Part shown: positions 28,509 to 37,858 of the stretch, piece after piece
Position numbering within the stretch: position 1 is the stretch's first letter
Layout: every line of letters starts with the position of its first letter
DNA from: Candidatus Thorarchaeota archaeon
GTDB taxonomy: Archaea > Asgardarchaeota > Thorarchaeia > Thorarchaeales > Thorarchaeaceae
Assembly (NCBI GenBank): GCA_048882325.1
Contig: JBHLRS010000006.1
Coordinates: 62,079-126,078 of the forward strand
Direction of reading: 5' to 3'
DNA length: 64,000 nt
Made by a program: the position numbers and the translations under genes
Notes under the pieces: generated by a model
The model's input: the letters and a program-made list of their open reading frames with translations, nothing else
Told to the model about the DNA's origin: nothing
Database searches by the model: none

Positions 28509-28964
28509 CTATGTCGAGTCTTCCAACAGTCTCTCATCTTTTCTATGAAAATCATCTGATGAGGCGGGTTTGAACTTTGGTCTTCTCATCATCTGCAGTA
28601 ATTTCCGTGTGGGCTCTAACCAGTCTGGGTTTATTCTCCATTCTGCCCAATCAATACCTGATGTGAGTGAAGTCCTACTCAAAATGAGACGTGATGCCAC
28701 AAGCTCGTTCATTCCGTTTAGCATTGTACCAATAGTCACTGCACCAACAATAGGTCGCTCCCGTCGGGCCGCTCTCAAGAGGTCTGCAGTCGTTACCCAG
28801 TTTCCATCCTCAATAAGGACCTTCAATACCCTAGACCTTACAGGGTCTGACTCTAAAGCTCCTTTCAGCGGGGCAAGGTTGATTGGTTGGAGTCGTCGTG
28901 TGGCTGATTCAGGTCGGGACCACGCATCATGATCATGTCCGTTATGGAATGAACTAAAGTCCAT
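28509..28964 (-). CDS. Hypothetical winged-helix-like protein
   Basis: DPVRSRVLKVL...TADL...WRINP pattern. Confidence 0.55.
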   Translation of the reverse strand: MDFSSFHNGHDHDAWSRPESATRRLQPINLAPLKGALESDPVRSRVLKVLIEDGNWVTTADLLRAARRERPIVGAVTIGTMLNGMNELVASRLILSRTSLTSGIDWAEWRINPDWLEPTRKLLQMMRRPKFKPASSDDFHRKDERLLEDST

Positions 28965-29087
28965 ACTATTGCACCATCATAGACTCGAGTCTAAGGCTTT
29001 TGAAACACAGTATTATCCCAAAAATCGGTTGTGCGAATACATTGCACAACCCTTTAAAGTATCTGTTCTCATGTTCAGGCGATTGCG

Positions 29088-29465
29088 ATGAGTCTAAGGG
29101 AGCCTATTATTGGATTGTTTTCCAAGAACTTCGAAAAACCGTCCGATCTTCTGTGCTGCGCATTTGGTCTTCGAAACAGTGAGATTGATACATATTTCTC
29201 ATTGATTTCAGGTCCAAAGACAGTAGAGCAGATTAGTGAGATCATTGACAAGGACAGAAGTACAGTCCAACGTGTTTTGAATAAGCTTCACAAGAAGAAC
29301 CTAGTTGAACGAGAGACTCACTACATTGAGAGGGGTGGATATTTCTACGAATACAGTGCCAAATCTACTGATGAGGTACGAAAGGAAATTCTGGCTCAAC
29401 TTGATGAATGGTATGAAGCAACCAAAAGCTTCTTGTTACAGAGCTGGCCGCGAACGCCTCAGTAA
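29088..29465 (+). CDS. TrmB-like HTH transcriptional regulator
   Basis: CAFGL..SEIDTY..L, TVEQIS..IDKDRSTVQRVLNKL, GGYFYEY. Confidence 0.85.
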   Translation: MSLREPIIGLFSKNFEKPSDLLCCAFGLRNSEIDTYFSLISGPKTVEQISEIIDKDRSTVQRVLNKLHKKNLVERETHYIERGGYFYEYSAKSTDEVRKEILAQLDEWYEATKSFLLQSWPRTPQ

Positions 29466-29474
29466 TGCTACAAC

Positions 29475-30062
29475 ATGAGGCTGGGTCTGATGTCACTCGT
29501 CCCAATACGATCAAACACTGTTACGGTCACGACGCTAGCAATCATAGCGGCGTTGGGAATTGTTGTAAGATATGCAATTCAAATCCCAGTAATCCCGAAT
29601 GTGGTAGTTCTTACACCTGGATTCATATTCTCTATTCTTGGTGGTGTTATCGGAGGTATACCGGGAGGAGCTCTCATCGGGGCCATCGTAGGAATTTCTG
29701 GAGCGTTGTCTGGTACTGAGATTCCTATCCTGCCGATGTTTGGGAACGTATGTTTGGGTATTGGGTCAGGCTATGCAATCTATTTCTCCAAACGTGACAA
29801 TTTGAAGTACTATATTCTAGTTGTCCTTGGAAGCGGCCTCATTGGGGGATTCATTCCCACTATGACTGTCTTTTACTCACTAATTGATCCGCTTGTTGTG
29901 AACATCATTGCTGCGTCAATTGATATGGCACAGGCTTTTCTCTGGGCCATTGTTGCTCTAATTGTTGAAAAGAAAATCGTTCGACCTATATCTGGTCACT
30001 ATCTCTATTCAGAAGTAGAGATTCAAGAACTATCTGAACAGGATGTTAGTAAAAATGAATGA
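29475..30062 (+). CDS. ECF transporter S-component-like membrane protein
   Basis: AIIAAL (AxxxA), GGIPGGALIG, about 6 TM. Confidence 0.65.
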   Translation: MRLGLMSLVPIRSNTVTVTTLAIIAALGIVVRYAIQIPVIPNVVVLTPGFIFSILGGVIGGIPGGALIGAIVGISGALSGTEIPILPMFGNVCLGIGSGYAIYFSKRDNLKYYILVVLGSGLIGGFIPTMTVFYSLIDPLVVNIIAASIDMAQAFLWAIVALIVEKKIVRPISGHYLYSEVEIQELSEQDVSKNE

Positions 30063-30720
30063 ATCAGAAGATGGGAGTAGAACTGTCAGCATCGACATTC
30101 GAAAAGACCTCTTTGGAGCGAATGAGAATGCAGCAGCTCTAAATGCAGAGACCTTCAAAGAACACGGCATTGTCGCAATTGACATTATGGGGTCTGTTGG
30201 TACAGGTAAGACGCAGTTAATTGAATCACTCTGCGAACATCTGAGAGACAAGTATCGCATCCTCATGTTTGCTGGAGACCTTGCAACCACTATCGATGCA
30301 GATCGCGTAGCATCACATGGAGTAGATACGATTCAGATTAACACCGGCACGGCTTGTCACTTGGATGCTAGAATGATCAAGGTAGCACTCCAGAAGGTGA
30401 ATCTTGCAAACTATCAAGTTGTCTTTATTGAGAATGTCGGAAACCTAATCTGCCCTGCTGGGTATTCACTGGGTGTTGACAAGAAAATCGTTGTAGTGAG
30501 TGTTACAGAAGGTCCCTACATGGTCCGTAAACACCCACTCACAATAAAGCATGCGGACATGGTCATCATCAATAAGATTGACCTTGCGGATGCTTTGGAG
30601 TTTGACATTGATGCACTCGAGAAAGACATTCGTGAAGTGGATGCAAACATTCCCGTCTTTCGTGTAAGCTCCAAGACTGGGGATGGTATTGACAAACTGA
30701 TCACAGCCCTGAACCTCTGA
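30055..30720 (+). CDS. hypB: Nickel-insertion GTPase HypB
   Basis: GSVGTGKT, GDLATTIDA, GTACHLDA, ENVGNLICP, NKID. Confidence 0.92.
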   Translation: MNESEDGSRTVSIDIRKDLFGANENAAALNAETFKEHGIVAIDIMGSVGTGKTQLIESLCEHLRDKYRILMFAGDLATTIDADRVASHGVDTIQINTGTACHLDARMIKVALQKVNLANYQVVFIENVGNLICPAGYSLGVDKKIVVVSVTEGPYMVRKHPLTIKHADMVIINKIDLADALEFDIDALEKDIREVDANIPVFRVSSKTGDGIDKLITALNL

Positions 30721-31381
30721 GGAGATTTGCAAGAGCCACCTTCACACCCTGTATGTGTCCTGCCCCCAGAACTGCTACAATCTTCCCTTCAACGTCATTC
30801 AGTATAAACTGCAGAGCGTTTGCCACATATTGGTCTCTCTGTTCAATGAGTACGTTAGCCAAACCAGGGAATTCCGACCTAAACTGTTCTATTAAGTCGT
30901 CAACCGCCCCCTCCTCTTTCAGCATGGCGAATATGTCACTGGCGCTCCCATCTTCGATATCCTTTGTTGCATCTGGCAACATACTAGTTAGTTTGTAAAT
31001 CTCATCAACAGAAACCTGCAATATGGCTTGGACAGTCGCCGTCATTGGTCTGTCCACAAGTGCTATCTTAGCTCCAATGGCTCTTCCTTCCTCTATTGCA
31101 GCGAGCATCTCATCTCCCACATCGGATCCAGTAATATCACCCAAGCTCTTCTCCAACAAAGCAAGCTGTTGCATCAGATCCTGTGCCATGTCTCCCAAAC
31201 CTGGTGTCACTATCTCTCCCTCTTCAGGTGGGTTCATCAATTGATGATATCTATCGTGATCCAGCTCAACTGCAACAACATCTGGTTTGGTTTCCCTTAC
31301 AACACGTCGCGCCTCTTCCACACTTTCAAGGTCGGTATGTATCACTGAAACGAATACTATCCGTTCTGATTCACCTACCAC
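30701..31381 (-). CDS. TraB/PrgY family protein
   Basis: H...ES, KPDVVAVELD..R, G.EM..A, LVDR, RDQY, VAVLGAGH..G. Confidence 0.85.
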   Translation of the reverse strand: MVGESERIVFVSVIHTDLESVEEARRVVRETKPDVVAVELDHDRYHQLMNPPEEGEIVTPGLGDMAQDLMQQLALLEKSLGDITGSDVGDEMLAAIEEGRAIGAKIALVDRPMTATVQAILQVSVDEIYKLTSMLPDATKDIEDGSASDIFAMLKEEGAVDDLIEQFRSEFPGLANVLIEQRDQYVANALQFILNDVEGKIVAVLGAGHIQGVKVALANLLRGSGL

Positions 31382-31573
31382 TTAGAGACACGCTCAACGT
31401 ATGATAAACACACCTAGATATCACCTTTTTGTAGAGTGAATTTCAATAGTAAACGTTTATTGGTGGATGAAGTTTCTCTTGGCCCTGTAGCACCTGAGTA
31501 GTATTAAGAGAAGGTTTTTCACAAACCTAGCGTGTACTACAGACATGCATTTCAAGGGAGTAGGAAGAGAAGC

Positions 31574-31924
31574 ATGACATCTGACTTGGAATTAGCATTT
31601 GCTAAGCTTATGAATCCACGAATGAGTGCGGGATTGATGGTCCTTCATAGTCTATTGGAGGACCTTAAAGGAAGTCCAGTAGAACCCCGAGAGGTTCGCA
31701 AAGCAGTTGACAATCGCATTGATAAACGAAGAGTATCAAAGCAATCTATTACAAACGCTGCAAGACGACTCGAAGAAGCAAATATCATAAGTAGGAAAGA
31801 AAACCGGTATACGGTGAATTATGGGTATCTGATCTCAGTATTACTCAACACACTCCTCGAGATGACCCATCGTATAGAGGATCTCGAGGATGAGATACTT
31901 GCATTGAAATCGATTGAAAGATAA
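31574..31924 (+). CDS. Winged-helix + coiled-coil protein
   Basis: SKQSITNAARRLEEANII..KENRY.VN, then heptads; start moved from 31532. Confidence 0.65.
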   Translation: MTSDLELAFAKLMNPRMSAGLMVLHSLLEDLKGSPVEPREVRKAVDNRIDKRRVSKQSITNAARRLEEANIISRKENRYTVNYGYLISVLLNTLLEMTHRIEDLEDEILALKSIER

Positions 31925-32069
31925 TCCTTTGGTCCAACACTTCCTATTCCTAAATGGCAAGAATCTCCACTGGCGGTAGACGTCAGTAATATCCCCGTTT
32001 ATCTTATATTTACCAATGCTGTCTAGAATAAGACCCACAACCCCCCGTTGTGGTTCGGAGGAAAGACAT

Positions 32070-32441
32070 ATGTCTGGTAAACCAACCGGAGTTCTACTAT
32101 TAGCAATTCTTCAGCTCATCGGAGCATTGTTGAATCTAGCAGCAGGAGCTTTACTACTGATGGTGGCACTGGAAATAGGTTTCCTTGCCATATTTGCAGC
32201 ATTTCCAGCCCTAATCCTATTCATCGTAGGATTGATAGGATTGATACTCTTCTACGGGCTATACACCCTGAAGGGTTGGGCGTGGCTATGGGCACTAATC
32301 TTTAACCTGCTTGCTGTCTTAGGTGGCATATTGCAGGGTGCTGACCTCATGGCCAACTACGTTGCATTAGGCGGGTTCATAGTTAGCTTGATAGTTTTCA
32401 TCTATCTAATATTGCCCTCCACCAGAGCTCACTTCAGGTGA
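32070..32441 (+). CDS. Small 4-TM membrane protein
   Basis: KPTGVLLLAIL, GLYTLKGWAW, YLILPSTRAHF; ggagga RBS upstream of ATG 32070. Confidence 0.75.
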   Translation: MSGKPTGVLLLAILQLIGALLNLAAGALLLMVALEIGFLAIFAAFPALILFIVGLIGLILFYGLYTLKGWAWLWALIFNLLAVLGGILQGADLMANYVALGGFIVSLIVFIYLILPSTRAHFR

Positions 32442-32450
32442 GATTAGTCC

Positions 32451-32497
32451 GAAGTTCTGAATAGGCGACTATTCAGAACTTCTTTCCTCTTTTTTTT
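32451..32497 (+). terminator. Perfect 14-bp hairpin with GCGA tetraloop and T-tract
   Basis: gaagttctgaatag-gcga-ctattcagaacttc then tttcctctttttttt. Confidence 0.75.
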
Positions 32498-32565
32498 CAG
32501 TTTGTCAGTTTCTAGATGAGTATCTTTAAGACTCTGGACTATTTGACCATCAACGAGGTGTCTAG

Positions 32566-33468
32566 GTGAAGCTATCAAAGGACGCTTTCAAAAAGGCTGA
32601 AGATTTCATATATTCCAACGCTAGGGACCTTGACATCCGACTCTTTGAACATCATTTCAAGGACACCCCAAAAGATGATGTGCTCGGAGAGTTAGAAAAA
32701 TTCCAGAACCAAGATGGTGGTTTTGGTAAAGCAATCGAACCTGACTTTAGGCTTGTAGAATCATCCACCATGGCCACCTCTGTCGGACTACAGTATTGCA
32801 TTGAAGTAAACGCCAAGTCGAAGGATGAAATCATCAGCAATGCAATGAACTACCTCTCAAGTACCTACGATGTTGAAGATAGTTATTGGCCACAAACACC
32901 GCTAAGCGTCAATGATGCGCCACACGCGCCTTGGTGGCATATAGAAGAAATCAAACCACCAGCTGAGAGTTCATGGGCAAATCCTAATGCGGAATTACTT
33001 GGATATCTCCATCGATATCATGAGCACGTTCCAAACGAAATACTTGTGAGTGCAAGGAAGCGAGCTCTTGAAAACTTGAAAAACATCGATACTATCCAAA
33101 GTCTATACAGTTTCATGTGTTGGGAACGAGCATATCGATTGGTTCCTGAACCACTTAGCTCACTCATCGCTGAGAAACTCGCAACGACTCTCAAGACATT
33201 TGAACCTAAACCTGATGCTCTTGGAGAGATCAGAGTGTTCTGGATTGCGCCTAACCAGGACTCGTTCCTACTACGGTTTCCTGGTTATGTGTACTGGCTT
33301 TATGACCGAGAGATAGAGGAACAATCTGAGGATGGTGGATGGAGACCTACGTGGAAGTGGGGTCAATATGAGGATGTCTGGCCTATAGCAGAAAAGGAGT
33401 GGGCTGGAAAGATAACTGTCAATGGTTTGATTGCTATGGATAAATTCAACATAATCGAATCATCTTAA
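32566..33468 (+). CDS. Terpenoid cyclase/prenyltransferase-like alpha-alpha barrel protein
   Basis: QNQDGGFG and QSEDGGW QW-like repeats; IEPDFR, PHAPWW. Confidence 0.7.
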   Translation: MKLSKDAFKKAEDFIYSNARDLDIRLFEHHFKDTPKDDVLGELEKFQNQDGGFGKAIEPDFRLVESSTMATSVGLQYCIEVNAKSKDEIISNAMNYLSSTYDVEDSYWPQTPLSVNDAPHAPWWHIEEIKPPAESSWANPNAELLGYLHRYHEHVPNEILVSARKRALENLKNIDTIQSLYSFMCWERAYRLVPEPLSSLIAEKLATTLKTFEPKPDALGEIRVFWIAPNQDSFLLRFPGYVYWLYDREIEEQSEDGGWRPTWKWGQYEDVWPIAEKEWAGKITVNGLIAMDKFNIIESS

Positions 33469-34457
33469 TCGAAGAGATTGATGTGTCTTCCAAGTTCTTT
33501 CTTTTTTGCGGCTTCATATACAACTTTAGCAGCAGCAATGTCTTGAGCAGATAGTCCCGTAGAATCGAAAATAGTAGTTTCATCATCGGTTTCACGTCCC
33601 GGTTTATCACCATTTACAATCTCACCTATTTCTGCGTGGATGTCATTTTCATCAATAAGACCAAGACCCAGGGCATGCTGAACCTCTCCTATCTTTCGAC
33701 ATTGCTCCAAACTGTCAACTACAATTTTCGTAGCATTCGAAACAATCTTCGGGTCCAGTTCCTGTTTCCCTGGACCATCAGCTCCTATTGCATTGATATG
33801 CATTCCATCTTGAATTGCATCAACACTGATGAGTTTGGTTCTCGATGGTGTAGCAGTCACAAGAATATCTGCATCTGGAGCTACATCATCAGGAGACTCC
33901 ACTACGGTGACATCAATAGAGAGTTCGTTTGTGATTTGTTCCTTGTATCTCTCAGCCATCACCCGGTTTCTGTCCCAGACTTTGACTTCCTGAATGTCAA
34001 ACAATTCTCTCAGCGCGAGAAGCTGCATTCGACCTTGAATTCCGGTTCCGACAATTCCAACTTTCCTTGAATCTTTGCGAGCCAATAAACTAGCAGCAAC
34101 GGCTCCTGCTGCACCTGTTCTATATGCTGTAATATGCGTACCATCCATTATAGCAAGCGGCATGCTGGTTTTGAGATCCAGAAGAACGATCACTGCTATC
34201 CCAGGAGGCAACCCCTCCTTCTTGTTGTCATAGAATCCTGATGCAATTTTGGTCCCCATGAGTTCAAAATCCTCGACAAATCCTGATTTGATGTCCACCT
34301 CTCCATTGAATTGGTGGACATCGAGGTGCTGAACACTTGGCATCTGCACACGCCCTTTCGCGAATGCAGAGTATGCAACTCTTACTGCTTCGATGGCTTC
34401 CTTCATTGAGAGGCATTCTTTCACTTCTGACTGAGTAAGGATGATTACATCTTCCAT
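33465..34457 (-). CDS. Ornithine cyclodeaminase/mu-crystallin family (archaeal-type alanine dehydrogenase-like)
   Basis: ITAYRTGAAG, GTGIQG, INAIGAD.PGKQELD, FDSTGLSAQD. Confidence 0.88.
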   Translation of the reverse strand: MEDVIILTQSEVKECLSMKEAIEAVRVAYSAFAKGRVQMPSVQHLDVHQFNGEVDIKSGFVEDFELMGTKIASGFYDNKKEGLPPGIAVIVLLDLKTSMPLAIMDGTHITAYRTGAAGAVAASLLARKDSRKVGIVGTGIQGRMQLLALRELFDIQEVKVWDRNRVMAERYKEQITNELSIDVTVVESPDDVAPDADILVTATPSRTKLISVDAIQDGMHINAIGADGPGKQELDPKIVSNATKIVVDSLEQCRKIGEVQHALGLGLIDENDIHAEIGEIVNGDKPGRETDDETTIFDSTGLSAQDIAAAKVVYEAAKKKELGRHINLFD

Positions 34458-34507
34458 GGATTGACCCCTCTACAAGAATTTCTTTCCAGCTATATAGATT
34501 GTGGGCT

Positions 34508-35554
34508 TTAAGGTTCAAACGGAAGAATGATCCTGAAATTTGCACCTTTCTCAGAATCCATCAGCTCGATGCTCCCCTCGCAGGCTGAAACAATCTGTCT
34601 GGTGAGATACAACCCAAAACCATGACCATCACCTGATCCTCCACGCTCGAAGAGCTTTTCTTTGAATTCTTGACCAATACCAGGACCATCATCGCTAACA
34701 ACGATTACTGCATTCGTGTCTTCTTTGGATACTTTGATACTCACTGTTGGTTTCTCACCTGCATACTGTGCAGCATTTCTGAATAGGTTTGCAAACGCCA
34801 TCTGTAACATCGAGCCGCCAACGACCTGTATGTTCTGGGTTTCATCATCAGCTTCAATGTCAATTGTGAGACCTAAGTGTGCCTTAACAGCCTGATGAGC
34901 TGAAATTTCCAATATAGCAATCAATCTGTTCTCTGCATCAGAAACATCCGGTTTGAACGCCTTAATGAGACTTGACATTCTGAGTGCAGCAGCCTGTGCA
35001 GCTTCTAGTAACTCAAGTGTCCTGGGTGAGCATCCCTCTGGAACTAGCAGTGCAGCTTCAATATATCCAAGAATTGCTTGAAGGTCATTTCCAGCATCAT
35101 GACTCATCAGTGATGTGTATAATTCGATGATCTTATGTTGCTGACTCCTGACTCTCTGGTTATCCCACATTTGCTTTGTCCAGAAGTACAATCCAAATGC
35201 GACGAAGAGTAAACCTACAAAGATAACTGCTGAGAAGAAATTCTCATTCTCCAATCCAATTGTGTCTGTGAAATCATTGACAAACTTCTCAAAAGTCCCT
35301 AAGAATACAAGACCCCACCCTAAACTCATCGGAATGTGGAGCCGTTTGCTGTCTACAAACCTCTGAAAAAGGATGAGAATCGTGAACGACGTTGAAAATA
35401 AAGCGAAGTAAAAAGCCAAACCATCTAATCCCGCTTCTCGGAATTCAAAGATATGAGTGTAGACTAAAGCAATGCTAAGAGCAATTATGAGAAATATCAG
35501 TGGAAAAGCTATCTGCCTCACTCGAACGCGTTTCTCAGTCCTCTTTGCAGACAC
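34508..35554 (-). CDS. Membrane sensor histidine kinase (orphan in this window)
   Basis: 4 TM; SHDAGN (H box), NLFRNA (N), DDGPGI (G1), GFGLYL (G2). Confidence 0.88.
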   Translation of the reverse strand: MSAKRTEKRVRVRQIAFPLIFLIIALSIALVYTHIFEFREAGLDGLAFYFALFSTSFTILILFQRFVDSKRLHIPMSLGWGLVFLGTFEKFVNDFTDTIGLENENFFSAVIFVGLLFVAFGLYFWTKQMWDNQRVRSQQHKIIELYTSLMSHDAGNDLQAILGYIEAALLVPEGCSPRTLELLEAAQAAALRMSSLIKAFKPDVSDAENRLIAILEISAHQAVKAHLGLTIDIEADDETQNIQVVGGSMLQMAFANLFRNAAQYAGEKPTVSIKVSKEDTNAVIVVSDDGPGIGQEFKEKLFERGGSGDGHGFGLYLTRQIVSACEGSIELMDSEKGANFRIILPFEP

Positions 35555-35748
35555 TCTCTAGTCCTCTCGCCAAAATGAATGGAAATTGACTATGTAAGTG
35601 CATTGATGATGTAGAGGCAGGTACTTCATGCTGCCATCAAACTCAGAGTGCTGATTAATAATATGTTGTTCAGCTGATTGCGGAGTGAATCTTCCCCCAG
35701 AGGAAATAAATGAGATTGCTGAAACACACTTCACTTGCGTTGAGGAAA

Positions 35749-35901
35749 TTGGTTGAGGAAAACGACGGACATTATGTTAATGTCAACGGATTGAACATGT
35801 ACTACAAGGATATTGGAAGCTGACCACCTCTTGTCCTCATTCATGGAGGAATTACAACTACAGACGTCCAATACATACGTAATGTCGGAATTGTTTTTTA
35901 G
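35749..35901 (+). pseudogene. 5' remnant of an alpha/beta hydrolase gene with an internal stop
   Basis: Manual translation LVEENDGHYVNVNGLNMYYKDIGS*PPLVLIHGG: TGA (35821-35823) replaces the Gly of the conserved G.GPPLVLIHG motif; similarity is lost before TAG at 35899-35901. Confidence 0.7.
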
Positions 35902-35938
35902 CAACGCATGATTTGGTCATTATCAAGAGGTTGGTAGC

Positions 35939-36418
35939 ATGGATTATGCATTCTGTGTACAATGTGGGAATTCCCTAGAACCATCGAATGATAAGGAGTG
36001 GGACTTTGAATGCCCAAATTGCAAGCAGGTCTACTACAACAATCCCACTCCTGTTGTCGCTGCACTTCTTTTTCTGGATGGAGAACTTGTAATCGTCAGC
36101 TCAAAGAATAAGGAACTCTGGGGATTACCAGGCGGTTATGTTTCTATCAAAGAAAGTCTTGAGGAGGCAATAGTTCGCGAAATATTTGAGGAAACCAACC
36201 TGCGGGCAAGAATCATTGGTTTCCTGAAATCGTATCCCTTGATGAAGCGAGGGCGTAATATTGTGTTCATTGTTTTCATTGCTGAGGTTCTGAATGGCGA
36301 TCCTGTAGCTGGCGATGATGTGAAGGAATTAATGATTTTAGATCCAAAAGAAGCCTATCAACACCTAACTGGGAAATTTGCAAAAAAGGCTCTCGAGTTG
36401 TGGTTAGCTAGTCAATAA
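35939..36418 (+). CDS. NUDIX hydrolase with N-terminal zinc ribbon
   Basis: FCVQCG..CPNC..YYNNP; Nudix box GGYVSIKESLEEAIVREIFEETN. Confidence 0.88.
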   Translation: MDYAFCVQCGNSLEPSNDKEWDFECPNCKQVYYNNPTPVVAALLFLDGELVIVSSKNKELWGLPGGYVSIKESLEEAIVREIFEETNLRARIIGFLKSYPLMKRGRNIVFIVFIAEVLNGDPVAGDDVKELMILDPKEAYQHLTGKFAKKALELWLASQ

Positions 36419-36428
36419 TCATCCACAT

Positions 36429-37133
36429 CTATTTTCCCATTGCCTTCTTATGCTCTTTTTTCAGCTTGATCTTGTACTCCTTGGCTTGTTTCTCCAAAGC
36501 GATTGCATCTTCGTTACGTTCCTTTTTAAGATACCAGTCATATAGAGCAATCCACTGGAGTTTGTCATGTGGTTCCAAATCTATTGCTCTGCGAAAAGCG
36601 TCCTCTGCCTCATCTGAATTGATCTGTGTTAGCTGGTACCCGAGACCCGTCCAATAAAGTGCCATTTTGGGATCAAGCTCGGTTGCCCGTCGATATGCTT
36701 CAACAGATTTCTCTCGTATTTCTTGGACAGCTTCTTTCAATTCCTCTGCGGAGCCCGATTTCAGTTCTCTACCCAAATATGGTATGGTGACTTTCTTCTT
36801 CTCTTCACCACCCCTTAACAGGCTCATAGCCACATCTTTTAGCCCATGATTCAGAAGTCCACCTCTCATACTCCATCCAAGAGCTTCGTTGGAATTAATC
36901 TGAAGTCCTTGAGTACAAATAATTAGAGCTGCACCAGGTAAGCCTACGTTTTGCAATAGTGACGAGAGATAGAACCAAGCACTTGAGTTGTCCTTCAATG
37001 GACCAAGAATTCCCTCCACAGATTCAACAAACTCATCTGCAGCATCGAGAGTCTTGGCCAGTTCGATAATCTCATCCTGTCTTTCAATATTATCAATTTT
37101 TGTTTCTTCATCCTGCATTACATACCCATCCAT
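36429..37133 (-). CDS. TPR-repeat protein
   Basis: AYRRATELDP, AFRRAIDLEP, AWFYL. Confidence 0.75.
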   Translation of the reverse strand: MDGYVMQDEETKIDNIERQDEIIELAKTLDAADEFVESVEGILGPLKDNSSAWFYLSSLLQNVGLPGAALIICTQGLQINSNEALGWSMRGGLLNHGLKDVAMSLLRGGEEKKKVTIPYLGRELKSGSAEELKEAVQEIREKSVEAYRRATELDPKMALYWTGLGYQLTQINSDEAEDAFRRAIDLEPHDKLQWIALYDWYLKKERNEDAIALEKQAKEYKIKLKKEHKKAMGK

Positions 37134-37280
37134 TACTAATAACGAATGAAACCATCTTGCAGTTAAATCTTTAGAAGAATAGGGACACGTAGTAAAATTC
37201 GGTCTCTTGAGCTTTAACTATATGCACAGGTTTTTCTGAGTATATGATAACTCGTCTGCAATATCGTTGGAGGGACACGA

Positions 37281-37652
37281 ATGAAAGATGAATTAGCATC
37301 ACATAATCTTCGAGGTTTAGAGCTCATAGCAGACTTGTATATTCTTGGTGGAATTCTGGTGTTTGGGGTTGGTGTCGCACTCTTTGTTTTAGGTTCGTTA
37401 ACTGCATTATTACTCGCAGGTTTCGGAATCATTATGATCGCGACGGGATACTATCTTGATGATTTACGTCGATTGGCTTGGATTGCTGTTATCATCACTA
37501 ATTTCATTGCTTTAACTACCACTGCATATTCAGCTTTTATTCTTCACACGCAGATCTATGATCCTACATTCATTATCAATGTGGCAATTAGCATTCTCTG
37601 TATTGGATATCTCCTAAGACCACAAGTTAGAAACCTCTTTTTTGAAAAGTAG
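37281..37652 (+). CDS. Small 4-TM membrane protein (similar layout to 32070-32441)
   Basis: Hydrophobic helices, LRRLAW, YLLRPQVRNLF. Confidence 0.65.
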   Translation: MKDELASHNLRGLELIADLYILGGILVFGVGVALFVLGSLTALLLAGFGIIMIATGYYLDDLRRLAWIAVIITNFIALTTTAYSAFILHTQIYDPTFIINVAISILCIGYLLRPQVRNLFFEK

Positions 37653-37653
37653 A

Positions 37654-37728
37654 TGGGGCCCGAGGGGGGAATCGAACCCCCGTCAAGGGAGCCACAATCC
37701 CTTATGCTGCCGTTACACCACTCGGGCC
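37654..37728 (-). tRNA. tRNA-His(GTG) with encoded G-1 and CCA
   Basis: Reverse complement GGCCCGAGTGGTGTAACGGCAGCATAAGGGATTGTGGCTCCCTTGACGGGGGTTCGATTCCCCCCTCGGGCCCCA: full cloverleaf, GTG anticodon, G-1:C73. Confidence 0.95.
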
Positions 37729-37858
37729 ATGGATAATGTGGCGAATTCACGCACGATAGAATTGGCTTATTAGCTTATCCTTCTAGAAACTCACTGCGGT
37801 CGTATTAGATGCGTTGAAGGTAATGTTATAGTACGATGCTGGAGGGTGTTAAATTTGA

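Noticed and set aside
35821-35823. TGA as selenocysteine or recoding
   Set aside because: It replaces a structural Gly, not a Cys; the gene is truncated anyway, and TGA serves as a normal stop throughout the window.
32500-37654. tRNA-His-anchored integrative element
   Set aside because: No integrase and no duplicate of the tRNA 3' end was found by eye.
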